64,000 bases of DNA from Trichosphaerium sp. ATCC 40318 (taxonomy: Eukaryota > Protista > Tubulinea): the NCBI GenBank assembly GCA_038496445.1, contig JALMLS010000027.1:186001-250000 (forward strand). The letters are read 5' to 3'. Of this stretch, positions 36,483 through 50,429 are shown in pieces. The notes under the pieces were generated by a model. It ran no database searches. It was not told the DNA's origin and saw only the letters and a list, made by a program, of their open reading frames with translations. Numbering within the stretch: the first letter of the stretch is position 1; every line of letters starts with the position of its first letter. Position numbers and translations under genes: made by a program.

Positions 36483-38448
36483 TATTTTCCGTTGGGAACT
36501 TCGAAGATCCCACGCTGTAGCGTTTTGCTTTTTACTACGGCGCGATACGCCCTGTTCTAAAGTACTTGGTCAACTTTGAAGGCCGAATTGACGAAAACAG
36601 ACTCTCAGACTTAAACTCGCCCAAAGTGCCCGAAGTCTTACTACGTGTTTCAACAGCTGGTTTAAACGAACACCAAATTCGTTTTTTAGTGTTGCTGTAG
36701 AAAGAATTCTCGACTTTTGTTTTTTCTTTGATTTTTTTTTTTCTCAAACAACCGTTACTTCGTCTATGTACCTCTTTTTATTTGAACAGTCATAAACTGC
36801 TGTTGATGTCTCTCTCGTTTTGGCATTGAAATCTTGTGTGAACAGAAGAGCACAAGGCAATGGTTCTAGGGTACCGCTAGTGCATGACTTGGGAACATTA
36901 ATAAATAACGCATTTTGGCCTATAATAAGGCTGTAGCATTACATGTATATTCGAAAATGGAAAATAGTTTTTGCGGTTTTTTGAACAATTATTTTTTCCA
37001 TGGACCACAAAAATGGCGTCATGGTATTGGAGGGTGATTGGGGGTCGGAATGTGTACATATTCTGTGCCCTGGTGCTCCTGTATTTCCCAACTGTTGAGT
37101 AACAGTAGCAACTTTTAATTTAATCACGTGCTACCCACTAGACAGTGAATATAAACTCGAACCCCAATAATACCGAAAAATAACTATTATGATACCCACG
37201 ATAGTGTATTAATATGAATAGCAAAGTACACTGTGGAATCTTTGGAACCTTCATTGTAAAAAACCCAACGAATACGTTGATTCACCCGATATTTTATGAC
37301 TTCATTTGCTTGTATTTATACCTATGACTACTTGCGAGAAGTATACCCAAATAATCAGGCTGTGAACACAAAGAATTTTTATAAATTCTGGAGAATTTTG
37401 AATACACCGTGTCCTTGTTCGGACTAAATTATGGAACGTGACAACGTGTAGTTTATAATGAGTTTTGGCGAATTCTTTGATTTGTTAAAATTCGCAGACC
37501 GTAGCCAAGTGAAGGTTCACAGGGTCTTGGTGTGCGAATAAAACACCAGGCGGGTCTATATTTCTCCGAGTCAGTTTAAAAAAAAGGTAACGTTTGTAAC
37601 CGGACGTTTCAGGGGTAGCTATCGACCCAACCCAGGCCATGCAGTTAGTATCAGGCTCTACACGCTTGAATTTGGATTGTCTTTAAACTGTAAGTGGATA
37701 GAGTTCGCTACTATATTAGCAGCGTACGTCGGAATATAAATGTCCCAGTCAACTCTTCAGAGTTGGTAGCTTTTATTTGGTTAACGCCACTGCTTACAAG
37801 AATTGTGATCTAGTATTTATTGTTCTTACAAGTACGAGACGTAGTTGTTGTCTGTATCCATAGGATTTTAATGTGTACAACCAAGTTCGCGGTATTGAAC
37901 ATACACACCTTCTATTCAACACAAAGAACCTATAACCGTCCACCATACAACAAACTACATTTTAAGGCATCGCATTTATTGTGGGTTTACAATGCAGTAT
38001 TTGCGACTGAGGTTATCTCCATGTTAGATTCTACAAAAATTAGACATCTCACTGCCAAAGACAAAATAATAGCTGAGCAGGATGCATTACTAGATTCACA
38101 GTAAGAAAATCAGTACACTCTGTACCGACCCAACAAGAAATTCAAAGCTTTTGCTCACTGTAGAAGATCTGCAACGTAAATAAAAAACCAATACGTTCAA
38201 GCCGAACCACATAAAACAAGTAGAAAGTTCTGTTAGTCTTGCCTAATGATAGTTTTTAAACTCAAATACTGAAAGTCAGTAAAAACTAAATTGCATTTTC
38301 TTTTAAACGACAATATTAGTCCGAACCCAGTGTACAGGTATCACCTGCACAAACACTAGAACATTGATCGGTGGAAATACTGTTATTAGTTAAATAGAAC
38401 AAGAGGGAAGTGAACAAAGTCAATAAGTATCAAAAGGGTTTTTTACTT

Positions 38449-40553
38449 TTATATGTGAGGTTCGAATCCAGGCATATGATAGTCATTACCAACAAGCATA
38501 TCTGACCATAAAACAATAGCACCACAGTAGCTCCCAGCTGATTTTAAAAAAGTAAGAAAGTACAAAGAACAGAACTAAGAGACTAACCAAAGCCCATGTA
38601 AGGTGTTGGTGTGGGTTTTCTCATTAATGTTGGATCTGAAACAATCGGGTTTTCAACTACAAATTGCTGGAACTTTATTGCTCTGTAGAGGTATTTATCG
38701 TCTCCTGTTGCTCTGTGTATATACCTATATATTCCATTAATATACTGAAAGTAGTAGATAGGTCTAGTACAGTTGCATGTAGGTGTTACCGCTTATGCCA
38801 TGTCCAAGCATTAAACCTTTTGTTAAAAGACCTTTTTCCCATACATTATCTGCAGCTTTTCTAGCTGTAGCTAACCAAGAATCGTTTTTAAACGTTTGCC
38901 ATGCTTTCACAAGAACTGGTATAAATCCTGGAGAGCCATGGCACCACTAAAGGGTATAAGAAAATGAAGAGCACGTTTGACTGTTAAACAAAAAACAAGG
39001 CTTCAAAACATGCCTGTACAAGAATGTCCGGTTTTAGAGGGTAAGGAGACACTAGAGGTGTGGGAAAGTTTCCTTTTAAGATGTAAACGTTAACACTTGC
39101 TGTTGTAACTCATCGTAGAGTACCTGAAGGAAGTTGGAGCTACCAAAAAGTTAGAAACAAAAACCTGTAAAAGAAAACAAACCTTGACATAGTAGTTCAT
39201 TGTATCTGAAATCTGCTTCGCATAAGTTGTGTTTGAGACAATACCTTGTTTCATTTAATTCAAAAATAAAATTAACCTTAGATCATTACATACCTGGTAC
39301 ATCCAACAATTGTGTAATTATTCCTGTGGAACCCATACCTTGTCCCCAAAAGTACTGATCTATTTATGAAAATAAAATTATACTGCAATAAGAAACAACA
39401 CAAGACTCGTCAAAGATATGTGACGCACTGAATTCTGCGTTTTTCCATGATAAATGACCATCAATAGGATCAACGACAGCATGAGATAGTACTTGCTCGG
39501 CAACATTTACTATCAGCGATGCCGGAATGACTTCTTGTTTAAAGTAGTTATTAAGATAGTTCCCTGCGAAAATAAAATCAAAACCACACGTGATTATAAT
39601 ACAAAGAACCTATCATAATCAACCCGGCTCTTCCACTGTCTATGTCATTATAACTCGTCAAATGAGCATTTTTGAACCCTTCATTGAGTCATTCTCTCGC
39701 TTTCTTTTTTTTTTCTTATTTAGGGTTGTTACCTGTCAAAATCTCTTGAACGAATTGTTTGGATTGCTCTTTATCACCTTGCAAATCGTATATGACTGAT
39801 GCCAAGCAATACACTCCATTAGACGAGTATAAAAACGAAACATCCTCTACAAACACTGTAAATTAGTTATACATCATTCAAACGCACCAGTAGGCGTAAC
39901 AGACATGTGCGATAATGAATAATCAATGTATTGCCTATGGAACGATGTGTAAGATAGAGAGTAGTGATTAATTTTAATCACGTGATTGAAACAGCAACTA
40001 TCAAATTGACAATCTGCAGACTAGATTACATCCGTACCTCGCCCAACCAAGAACAGTTTCATTTTTGGTGTTAGCATATACACGTAAGAACGTCATTGCT
40101 CTTCCTGCACTACCAGCCATAACACTCCATCCAGCAGCATCCACCTAAAACTCAAGATTAGCACGTATTGACAACATAGCTGCTTTTTTTTTCTCACCTG
40201 TGGAGACGCATAGGCTATCACTTCGTCAATGTAACTGTTTTGTAGCTTCTCAATACCTAGAAACCGTTATACAATAATATTGCATCTTTTTAAGTATAAA
40301 ACGTGCTTTGACGAACAGTCGCAGGTAGGATAGTTGAGTCCCCTGGTTTATAGTCTTCATAGGGATTATCGTAGTATCTTGTCAATAAAATGAGCTGTTT
40401 TAACACTTAATAGCGGTGTAGTACGCACCTAGGACATGGTGGTCCTATTTTTTGAGGACATTCTGGTGGTACAGGCTCCAATGCGATATTAGCACCAAAA
40501 GCAGCAAGAAAAATACAACAAAGAGCCAAGAACATAAGAAAGTTCATCTTCAT
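38449..40553 (-). CDS. LanC-like (lanthionine synthetase C-like) protein with signal peptide
   Basis: GSAGRAM, SGRAG, LVQ|WCHGSPG, VWEKGLLTKGLMLGHGISGNTY, KYLYRAIKF, C-terminal MPGFE; N-terminus MKMNFLMFLALCCIFLAAFG. Confidence 0.85.
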
Positions 40554-40680
40554 TTTAGACACTATATTTATTAAGATGTGCTAAGGCAATCAAAACGGTG
40601 GTAGATTAAGTTCCGACCAACACTTTTTGTGATTGTATACTTTGTGGAGAATACCCAAATGGAGATACTTATCAATGGGG

Positions 40681-40789
40681 CAGCATCGCTTTTGAGACAG
40701 TTTCGAACTTGATTTTTGATTTACAGAATCTGAGACGTTTTTACTCACGTCAGAACCATCTTAACTTCGATGGCTATTTTGAACATGTA
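40681..40789. repeat. About 105-bp dispersed repeat, copy 2
   Basis: Homologous to 23476-23581. Confidence 0.75.
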
Positions 40790-41164
40790 GCTAGGGTTCT
40801 ATACTTGTAGGTATAAAAACAGTTTTGCGATTCGTTTGTGCTGTACCGAGGAAAAGTACTGACAGTCAAAGCAATTTTTTTGTAAACCACTTAGTATGTA
40901 TCATGCTTTGTTTTACAACTTCATTTTTTTTCATTTTGATTGGCGTTGAGCAAAAGTTAACTAATCAAATGTTAAATCCTACCAATACACGTGATATCCA
41001 AATCACAATGTTACTCTTTAAACTATCTATGACAAATATGTGCTTAATTGCAAGCATGCAATAGAGCTAACCTTAATTAATTGTTGCTATCTCAAAGTGG
41101 CACTTCATTTCGTTGTTTATTGTACAAGTTTTTTTTTATAGTTCTATTTTGCATTTCAACACAC

Positions 41165-44100
41165 TCACATAATAAAATCGTCATTTTTCCTGTCTTCAAA
41201 AAATTGATGTATTACAGACAAGGCATCATCAGGTTTTCTAGTTGTAATATTTTCTCTTAACCAAGCAGGTAGATTCTTAGCATTGCCAGCACCTGCAAAT
41301 CTACCATCTACAACAATACAACTTAGAAGAGATATAATTAAAGAAATTTAGGGACAATTACCTAACAAAACCATGACACCGTAATCGTCTTTGTGTCGAA
41401 GACATCTACCAATTGCTGAAGAAAAAAGTAAGAAAAATCAAGAATTCTAACTGATTAGCTGCGGGCGTTCTTATTTTGATAAAAATTTAATTACCTTGGT
41501 TTAATGCACGCCAAGCTTGTAGTGTATACCATTCTGTACCATTTAAAAATCCATCTGATTGACGTGTGTTGTTGTACTCTTTTTTTAATTTTATTTTCAA
41601 ATCAGTCCTGTTTTGAAAATTAGTAAGGTATATCTTAAAGACTGGAATACGAATAGAAATAAACGTACAACTGAGCAAAGGGTATGCCAACAGATATAAC
41701 ACCTCTAGCATTTGCATCCTTAAAATCAACACCTTCACTGACTTTTCCACTACATAAGAAGTTAGCGATAAAAAGACAGATAATAATGTTCTATCATTGT
41801 GTATTCTGTACTCACCGACAAACAGCAAACATGAGTGCACCACGTTCAGTACCGGTTGCTAATGCGTAGAATTGCTTTATTGTTTTATCAAACTCACGAC
41901 CTGACGATCTTGGTTCAATAATGAGATCTTTCGTTTCCTCTAATTTCTCCCTAACAAAACGTAAGCACACTCACCCATTATAAATACTAAAAATGATAAA
42001 GGCTTGTAATTGACGTACCAAATATCCGTTTCTTGCCAACGTTGGATACAACTAGTCATAAAAGAGTACCTATTTGTGAACACGTGAGTAAAAGTTTTGC
42101 GAATAGCAAATCATGTTCGCTTTGTAAAAGTGAGTCGTACGAAGGAAAGAAACACAAGACACCATTTGGGATCTTTTCAGCAAGATCGTTGATATGGTTA
42201 CCGAGATCATCAGTAACTTTTACATCACTACGTGTCTGATATGTGTATCTAGCCGTAGGTACAACAAGGGCTAATCTGTTCTCTTCTGGTACAACTAACG
42301 AGATAATAAATACGACGTTCAATTTCTAAGATGACTACAACACATACCATGAGGTGTTTGTACTTGAAATGCAAAGTTACAATCAAGTTCTGGCTCAAAT
42401 AACTTCAGAGGATGAAGTGTTCCTAAAGAGAAAAAAATAAGAAAGGCTCAACAACCTCTTTTCTCAAGCTTGGTTTTTCGTGTTATAAAAATAGTACCTG
42501 ACGCGAGAATAACTGAGTGAGCATCTTTTAATGGACTAAAACCAACTGCTGGATTCATACACCATATATGAAAAGAGTAAGAATAAGTTGTTACCCTCTT
42601 TCTAGGTAGTTTTTCTCTTTTAACCATAATACGATAATCATTAATTGGAGCACAACCGTTACTTAACATATGAGAAACTAGTCTAAATAATGTTCCAAGA
42701 ATCTGAGTTGCCTTGCTAGGTAGTACTTCCTTTGTTTCTGCAAGAGCAGTCATGCATTCTATGGAGTATACGTTAGAGATATTGTTGCATATGAAAACAA
42801 AACTACAAGTAGTATCCAGCCTATCAACATAGCACTGTTCATTGTTCTTGTTGAAGACGCACCTCTGTATTTTGATTGAGCGTTCTCTTCATTTACATCT
42901 ATTAGCGAGAGGACTTGCATGAAATTATCACTTGATACAATAAAAGCACGTTGATCATTTTTGAAAAGGCCAGCAGCTCCCTCTAACCATTCTGTGATAC
43001 CAATAGCAACCTTAATATCGTTAACATAAGCTTTGTGTTTAACACAAAAAGTATAAAGCATCATGTTGTACGTCTGCAGCATCCTTTAGGCGAGCATGGC
43101 GTGCTACGATTGACAGCATAGATTCTCGCAAATCTATTCAAAAAAATTAAGGTTCTCACTTGTCACGTGATATAAAAAAACCCAAGTTGATCACGTGATT
43201 TTGTGACTTATACTACGTACCTCTCATATCATCTAATTTTACATCAAAACTATAAGCAGTACGGGAAGCGTCCTCAATATTACTGCACAATTATTAGAAT
43301 CTTCACGAAAAAAAGCAAAAAAATAACCAGCTTACTGTGCCTCATCAATGATAACAATATCACCATTAATATCTATACCCATAGCATCTCTATAACTTAA
43401 ATTAGATTGAACATAGTACAAGCGGAAACAATGGAGACACTGCCACTCCTTCAGCAACGAAGACGAGATACAATTTTTTTAAAACTGGTAAATGAGTAAT
43501 ATCTCTGTCACAAGAATGTTCAAATACGTGCTTGATTGATGGTTCTATAATAAAATTGTATGGACAAATAATAAGCTCTGACATCAGTATCAGTGATTTA
43601 GACGCATAGAACGGGCAAGCCTAATTAAAGAAAAATAAATAATTAAATAACTCTAACCATTAATGTCTACCTTTTGCTCTTTGCCTATGGAAACAATATC
43701 ATTCACATTCCATACTTCATCTTCTGATCCTCTCAAAATAGGCGAAGGGGATGTTGTCAGTACTTTAGAACGAGACTAGAACTCACATTAACAATGAGTT
43801 TATAAATTAAGTTAAAAATACCTTGAATTCACATCCACCTTGTCTGATCTCACGCTTACAAGAAGCATTGATATCATATGACTTCGATACCTCAGGATTA
43901 ATACAATAGTGTTTCCTATAAACTAATAAGTACTGAAACAAGTAAATCCGAGAAAAAAAAACAAGCTTTCAAAAGTGAAATCTCAATAGCACCAAAACTT
44001 CAGTCACTAAAGTAAGACTTACCGTGCTGCTAAAACATTTAACTGAGGTCTGTATGGCGTTTTCTTAAGCTCTTTCACTAGTTGAGTCACTTGTGCATGC

Positions 44101-44500
44101 GTTCTGAGGAAGAACAAAGTAAGTACAAGTGTCAACACTATGTGAGTCTTCGATACCTTGTCCCATAGTAAATCTTTGGTACACGCTGGCCAGAGCGCAT
44201 ATCTTTTTGCTTTGCTTGCCAAGCAAGGCAAGCCGTTAAGAGAGCCAGTGATTTACCTGTACCAGTTGGAGACTCTATCAGCGCATTCTGTTTGCTGTCA
44301 AGCGCCTAGTAGCGAAAATATTACAAGATTGCTTGTCTTTTTTTTAATGTCCTTTTTGTTACCTGTATAATGTTCTCCATTGCCTCTATTTGCGTTGCAT
44401 AAGGAGTATACGGAAATGAAATGGTTGTGTCAGCGAGAGTAGTTTGATACTTAGCATTTGCAGCAGCTCTAGATGAGCCTCGTCGTGGTGTACGCTTTAG
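41165..44500 (-). CDS. Rad3/XPD-family Fe-S DEAH helicase, FANCJ/BRIP1-like (RTEL1 not excluded); start approximate
   Basis: [23 protein letters not shown], four Fe-S cysteines (YCINP, ASCK, GCEF, CPFY), [43 protein letters not shown]. Confidence 0.88.
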
Positions 44501-44951
44501 TTTGCGTAAAGACTAGTGATTGGTCAGAGAAACAATAGAAGCACAATAACGTCATATATAAGCGTAAAATAAAGTATTTAGGCGTTGCAGACGCGTCATA
44601 CGCTACTACAGATTTTTTTTAAACTTTTCGCCGTTTTCTTCGTCACATCTACTATTTGAACGTACTCCAAGTGTTGTAACCAATCGTGAAGCCATTGATG
44701 GTAATTTTTATTAAACGTACACTAACACTTACAAAATTGACATATACCTCTGCTATACGCAACGAAAATCTAGTATTGCAATCTTCAAATACTTTCCTGG
44801 CTTATCAACAAAAAACGGTGAGCTTACGAAGAAAACTAAACAAATTTCGCCTAAACCGAATAAAAAACTCACGTGTCCATAACAAGTACTCTCAAATATA
44901 CATCAACAACACAAGGCGTTTATTTACCCATCTCCAAAAAAAAACTTGTTT

Positions 44952-46980
44952 CTACTGCATTACAATCTTGATTTTACGACCTTGAGATATATCCGGTTTT
45001 ATAGCATTTGTGACTTGTGTGCATCCACAAATGTCAAGCATTTTTAATTTTTTGAGACCTAATACTCTATGTATTACTGCATCTGTAATTTTATCCAACC
45101 AAGCCATTGAGAGCTCCTAAATACCGTTATAAGATATTCTACGACAACTTTTTTCATCTGAAAAATAAAAAAACTAAAATCATACCTCCAAGTTATTCAT
45201 ATGAACAAAAAAGTCAGCTCCTTCATTAGATATACTGCTACAACCACTCACAGATAACACAGATATTGTCTTAATTTGACATAGGAACCTCATACCATTA
45301 TCTGTTAAAGAATCACAGAAGGAAAGATCAAGAACAGTAAGTTGTTTCGCCTAAATTCTCATTAGCTTCAAGTCAAATCACTCTGTCGTGCATACCTGAG
45401 TAAGTTGAGCTAAATAATTATCTGTGATGCGTCCTCGTGATAAATAGAGTCTTGTGAGGTTTTGTAATGGAATACGATGAGCGCCTGACAAAGGTTAGGT
45501 ATTGTTTCATTTAATAACAAGAACATTAGGCTACACGTTCTAAATCATTCCACATACCATTATCAGTAATTCCAAAACAATTTGACAAGCTCAACACTTT
45601 AAGTGAATGTAGATTTTCAATATTTGGCATACCCTATTCGAAGCACGTAAGCATCAAAACTCAAGAGTAAAAAAAACTTCAGTGAAAAAAAATACTAACC
45701 TGATCTGTGAGACGCATACATCCATGAAGCATTAGTCTTGTCAAGCTGTGTTCCAAATGTTTAAAAGCCTCAGCTCCTCTATCTGATATTTGACACTCAA
45801 AAATATCCTAAACAACGTCCGTTCAGTTAAGAGGTTTTTTTTTGCCGTTTCAAAAAAAATGACACTTACCAATTTTTTCAGGTTAGACAAATGTGACAGC
45901 TGCAAAAAGCTCTTGTCTGTGATTTTCGGGCAGAAAGACATATCTAGAATCTCCAAATTTGAAAGACTACTCAATTTTTCCAGTCCGAAGTCTACAGCGT
46001 ATAAGAGAACAAATCGTTGTTTGAGCAGTTTGAAAGAAAAAAATTTAAGCCTTCAACAGGCCTGTCAATATTCGAGCTACTTGCCTGTGAGTTTGTGACA
46101 ACCAGCCAGGTTCAATGCGATAATTCTCGGCAAAGAAATAGTACTAAAGAATTTTTCTATCGATTGGTTCGTTAAATCAGTCCTGAAGCTTAGATTGACG
46201 GCCTTACGCCGTCTCGCTAAAGCCAACCATTGTTTGCAAACGCGCAGAACTCTTTTTGCGTTAATAAGTTACAAAACGGGTTATATACGCACCCGCTTAC
46301 TTGTATGAGGTCCAACTGGTCTAGAATCATCTCAACAACTTCTGGGGGAAGTAAAGGATCTGGTGCTTTCTCCTATCATTTTATGTTAAACTTTGAGCTT
46401 ATTAGGCAACTGTTAATACCGGTTGTTGCTTTGCGCGTTTTATAGCGTCTCGTTGTAACGCCAACCGACGCCTCGCACTTTGTACTTGCGCTGTGGAATA
46501 TGTAGGGCCTTTAGCGTGGGCATGTGGAACGCCTGCGTAACCATGACCTTTGGCGTAAGCTGGGTTACCTGGTGCCCCACGCATAGGCATACGAGCCCTC
46601 CCACCCATCTGTTGCCTTTGTAAGAGCTGATGCTGCATAGCAGTTGGCGTAGGTGCCCTTCCTGGCTGTCTAGTTATTGGTTGATTACCCCTCATTGCCA
46701 GCACCGTCTTGTAGCCAGAAATACACCGATTTGACTTTTGAGTTACCAAATGGCTAGCTTAACACATAGTTGTAAAAAAACCGCGCGTAATACAACGTTA
46801 GTTCAGAATGTCACTAGAAGTGCTACGCAACCTGCCATCTGCCGAAAGCCACATGGGCAAATTTGTAGACCGCCACACTCCCACACGGCGTTACCGACTA
46901 CATACAGTGCGTAGAATTTAAATCTTGTCATGTAACTCTGTGTAGCAGCAAATAAACATTGATGCAAGCGCGCCGTCCAT
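44952..46980 (-). CDS. F-box/LRR protein (FBXL, AMN1-type LRRs); 5' end uncertain
   Basis: LLPPEVVEMIL...RVCKQW F-box, then LNLAGCHKLTD, LDMSFCPKITD, LSLSNCFGITD, LDLSFCDSLTD, LDICGCTQVT. Confidence 0.8.
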
Positions 46981-47595
46981 CCTTATAAAGGGTTACACAC
47001 CCCCAAGCAGTGAAAAAACGCCTGCCAAAAGAAAAAGGTAGTTAAAAAACCGTTGTAAATTGCTATTGCAACTTCATTAGTGTAAAATTACGCGCTTCGC
47101 ACTGCCTTCGCACTGGCGCCTTCCAACGTTTGAGATGACATCTCATGTAATTGTAGGAAATCATCTCGATGGGCTACACCAGACAAAGAGGTTCTAAAGC
47201 TAACACTAAGCCCAACAAGTGACAAGGGCAGGTACGTAGCCAAAAAAAAATTTTACTCGATTTGTCAAACTCATTTGACGCCTTTGTAGCACACCATTGC
47301 ATACCCCCAAACGCCGAAAACTTGTCCATACAGACGATAAAACAGAAATAAAGAACCCACAAAAGACGCGTAAGCGAAGACTACGCATAAAAATAACAAA
47401 AAAATCAAAAAACCCAAAAAGATTTCGTGTTCGTGTCTACGCGAACAAAACGTTTACAAAAGATCAAGTACTGCAATTATTGGAGCATGCCGCTAAAAAG
47501 AAGCGACAAAAGGCTGAATTAAAGAAGAAAAACTTGACAACATAATTTCAAAAAGCGAAGTTCATTTTTTTGATTTCAAATCTCGCTCACTAGCT

Positions 47596-50155
47596 CTATC
47601 CGAGTCTCACGATACCAGCGGCTATCAATGTCTCTATTTTCTTGGCTACGATTGGATCTTTCAAATGGCTAGAGAAAAGAGAAATAAGCGATAAGAAAGC
47701 AACATAACAGTATCACATGTACATAAAACAAACACAACAAATTCTTGTAGTTTTTTTTGTGATAGTTGTAGACAAAAAGTTTGAGCAGGGCTACAATCGC
47801 TTTTAAACGTTGAAGTATAACCCATTTCTGGTTTAAAATAATATGTTTAGCAGGGACGTACACTGCAGCGGCGTTAGGATCGTTTTTCATGTCTTGAAGT
47901 GCTTTTTGAATGACAGGGTCACGCAAGATTTTCTAAAGCGAAGTGAGTAACTAATTGATTTTTTTCTTGTTTTAGAATCAAGGTACCTGGATTTCTGGAT
48001 CTTGCATAGCGGCTTGAGCAGCTTGCTCGTTTCCACCACCACCTTGCATCATCTGAATGGCCATCATAGCTTTTTGTCTACCTTGTTGCATTTCCTAGTG
48101 ACAAAGCTTAGAATTTTGAAGAAGCACAGTGCTTATTGACATACTCTGTTTGTTGGATCAATAGCAAGCCCCTTATCGTATACAGTCAGGCATTTGTAGT
48201 ATTCCTTCTTCATTTCATATACGTAACCCTTTCTAATGTATGATTTCACTAATAAATTATTAGTACAACAAAATAGAAACGACTGTCACAGATAAAAAAA
48301 AAGTTTGAAAAACATACAGTATTTTGGATCAATCTCTATAGCTTTGTCACAATCCTTGATAGCTTCAGGGTATGCCATCAATTTAGTGTATGCAGCAGCA
48401 CGATTTGAATAAGGCACGCAATTGTTAGGATCACGTTTAATGGCCTAAAATAAAGTCAATACATAAATTAAACACTAGTCAAAGCGGTTAAAAAAACGAA
48501 CCTCAGTGTACTCTTTCACTGCTTCTGGGTACTGACCACCTTTGAAAAAATCGTTACCTCTCTTTTTGGCTGCGAGAGAGAGTTCTGGATCAATGTAAGC
48601 TAGCTTTTTCTTCTCCTCCCAAATCTTTTCAGCCTAAAATGAAAAAGGTCAGTTTGAGGTTTTGCTTTTGAAAAAAAAATTCATTAATGCCTTTTTCAAA
48701 GCTGAAAGAGTTCTGGCGTTTCTGTCATCAGTAAGTGCATTTTTATAAGCTTCAATTGCTTTTTCGTATTCCTCTTTCTTCATGAGAGCATTACCAATAC
48801 GATGAGTAGCCCTATTAGAAAGCCAATAAGTCAACTGGTTTTTTTTTCAAAAGCAAAAAAAGGCAAAAATCTTACTTGGCGCGAAGGGCGAAGTCTGCGT
48901 AGTTTTTCTTGCCAACAGCAAGGGCTTCTTCACAATCAGCGATACAAGTATCATAATCACCTTTTTCAAAGTGAACAGCAGCTCTACAAAACCGATTTAG
49001 CACTACGTTGCTTCATTATAACATCATACCTGTTGGACAAAAATACCATGTTCGTTGAATCAGTCTCAAAAGCTTTTGTGTACCATTCAATAGCCTCATC
49101 AAACTTTCTTGCCTTGTAAGCAACGTTTCCCTTTTGTTTTAATTCTTGGGATGCTTGTTGCTCTGCAGTCAACTCAACCTTTGTTTCTTCTTTTTTTTCT
49201 ACTTTAGCTGGTTTTTTTTCTGGTTTTTTGAGTTTATCCCAACCGGCTTGATTCCAGTATAAAGCGGCTTGAATATACGTCTGGATTTGAATATCTTGTA
49301 TATACCTGTATTCAAAATTAGACCTCCAAGAGTAAAAGTAACGATATGTGGCAACAAACTTAAAAGTTTTTGGATTTTAAAAGGTTTTTTTTGTAAACGC
49401 ACTCTGAAACTTTTTGAGGGCTTCCTTGAATGGTACGGAGCTTTGTGATAAATGCTTTATCCTTAGCGAATGTTTGGGTTTGAGGCATCATCAACGCACG
49501 CTCTTCAACATCACCTTGGATACACGTAAGTTGTCACCTCAACAAAAGATTTTTATCAAATTTTGTTTGTTTTAAATGCGCGTACCGCTGAATGCTATTG
49601 GTAGTTGGCTGTAAAAGTTCTTGGTAGCTTCTTCCCTTTGCTTTTTGGTTTTGTTAAGCAACTCTTGGCATTGCATAAACTTCGCTCTGATGGTTTGATT
49701 GTTTGGGTCAATTTGAAGGCCTTTGGCGACGGTTTAGTAATTTTTGTGTTGTTAGCGTTGTACCCTTCTGGAAAGAAGCGATGGCATCTTCGTAATGCTC
49801 TGTTAGCTGTAGAGCTGTACCGCGTCTGGAATAGCCCTGGATACATTAAAACACGAGAATAAGCACGTATTAGCGTACTTTTGGCCAGTCAGGTTTCAAT
49901 TTGATGACCATATCAGCGTCCTCCAAGGCTTTGTCATAAGCGCCACTGCTTGCATGCGCTCCTGATCTGTTACTGTAGTAGACATGATTTGTTCCATCAA
50001 GTTTGATCGCTCCTGTAAAGTAGCTGACAGCTTGTCGGAAGTCTCCTTTAGCAAAAGAAGCGTTTCCCTTTTTTTTTAACTCTAATGCCTTTGGTGGGTT
50101 AGAAAATGTAACGTAGTACTCCTATTACTTGTGCTTTTGCCTCTGCGGTTGCCAT
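47596..50155 (-). CDS. STIP1: Hsp70/Hsp90 organising protein STI1/Hop
   Basis: TPR1 (KKKGNASF...YSNRS), TPR2A (KQKGNVAYK), TPR2B (KKRGNDFFKGGQYPEA), DP2 (MQDPEIQ, RDPVIQ, LIAAGIV). Confidence 0.95.
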
Positions 50156-50429
50156 AGGTGTCTTTCTCCGTTTCAACTACAAAAAAAGGCGAGTTTCACG
50201 CGAATTTCACCAAGTTTTTCTCCTTCTTTCCGAAGCGCTGGGATAACTACTTCAAAGTATAATTCTCAAGGTTACGGTAGAATACGCGCCAAGAACTAGT
50301 ATGAGCCTGTTAAACAACTATTAACCAATGTAACTAAGTCGTTAACCGATTGAGTATTGGCAACTTGCCATTCAAACAAAAGGTGGATAAACATCCGTTT
50401 TTAATACAGTACAATCCGCTACAAAAATG

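Noticed and set aside
37497-37560. Possible structured RNA hairpin (cttggtgt/acaccagg)
   Set aside because: Only an 8-bp stem; no tRNA, snRNA or snoRNA motifs recognised.
47297-47545. Highly basic 82-aa ORF
   Set aside because: No ATG start and an A-rich composition; probably the antisense of a T-rich upstream region.
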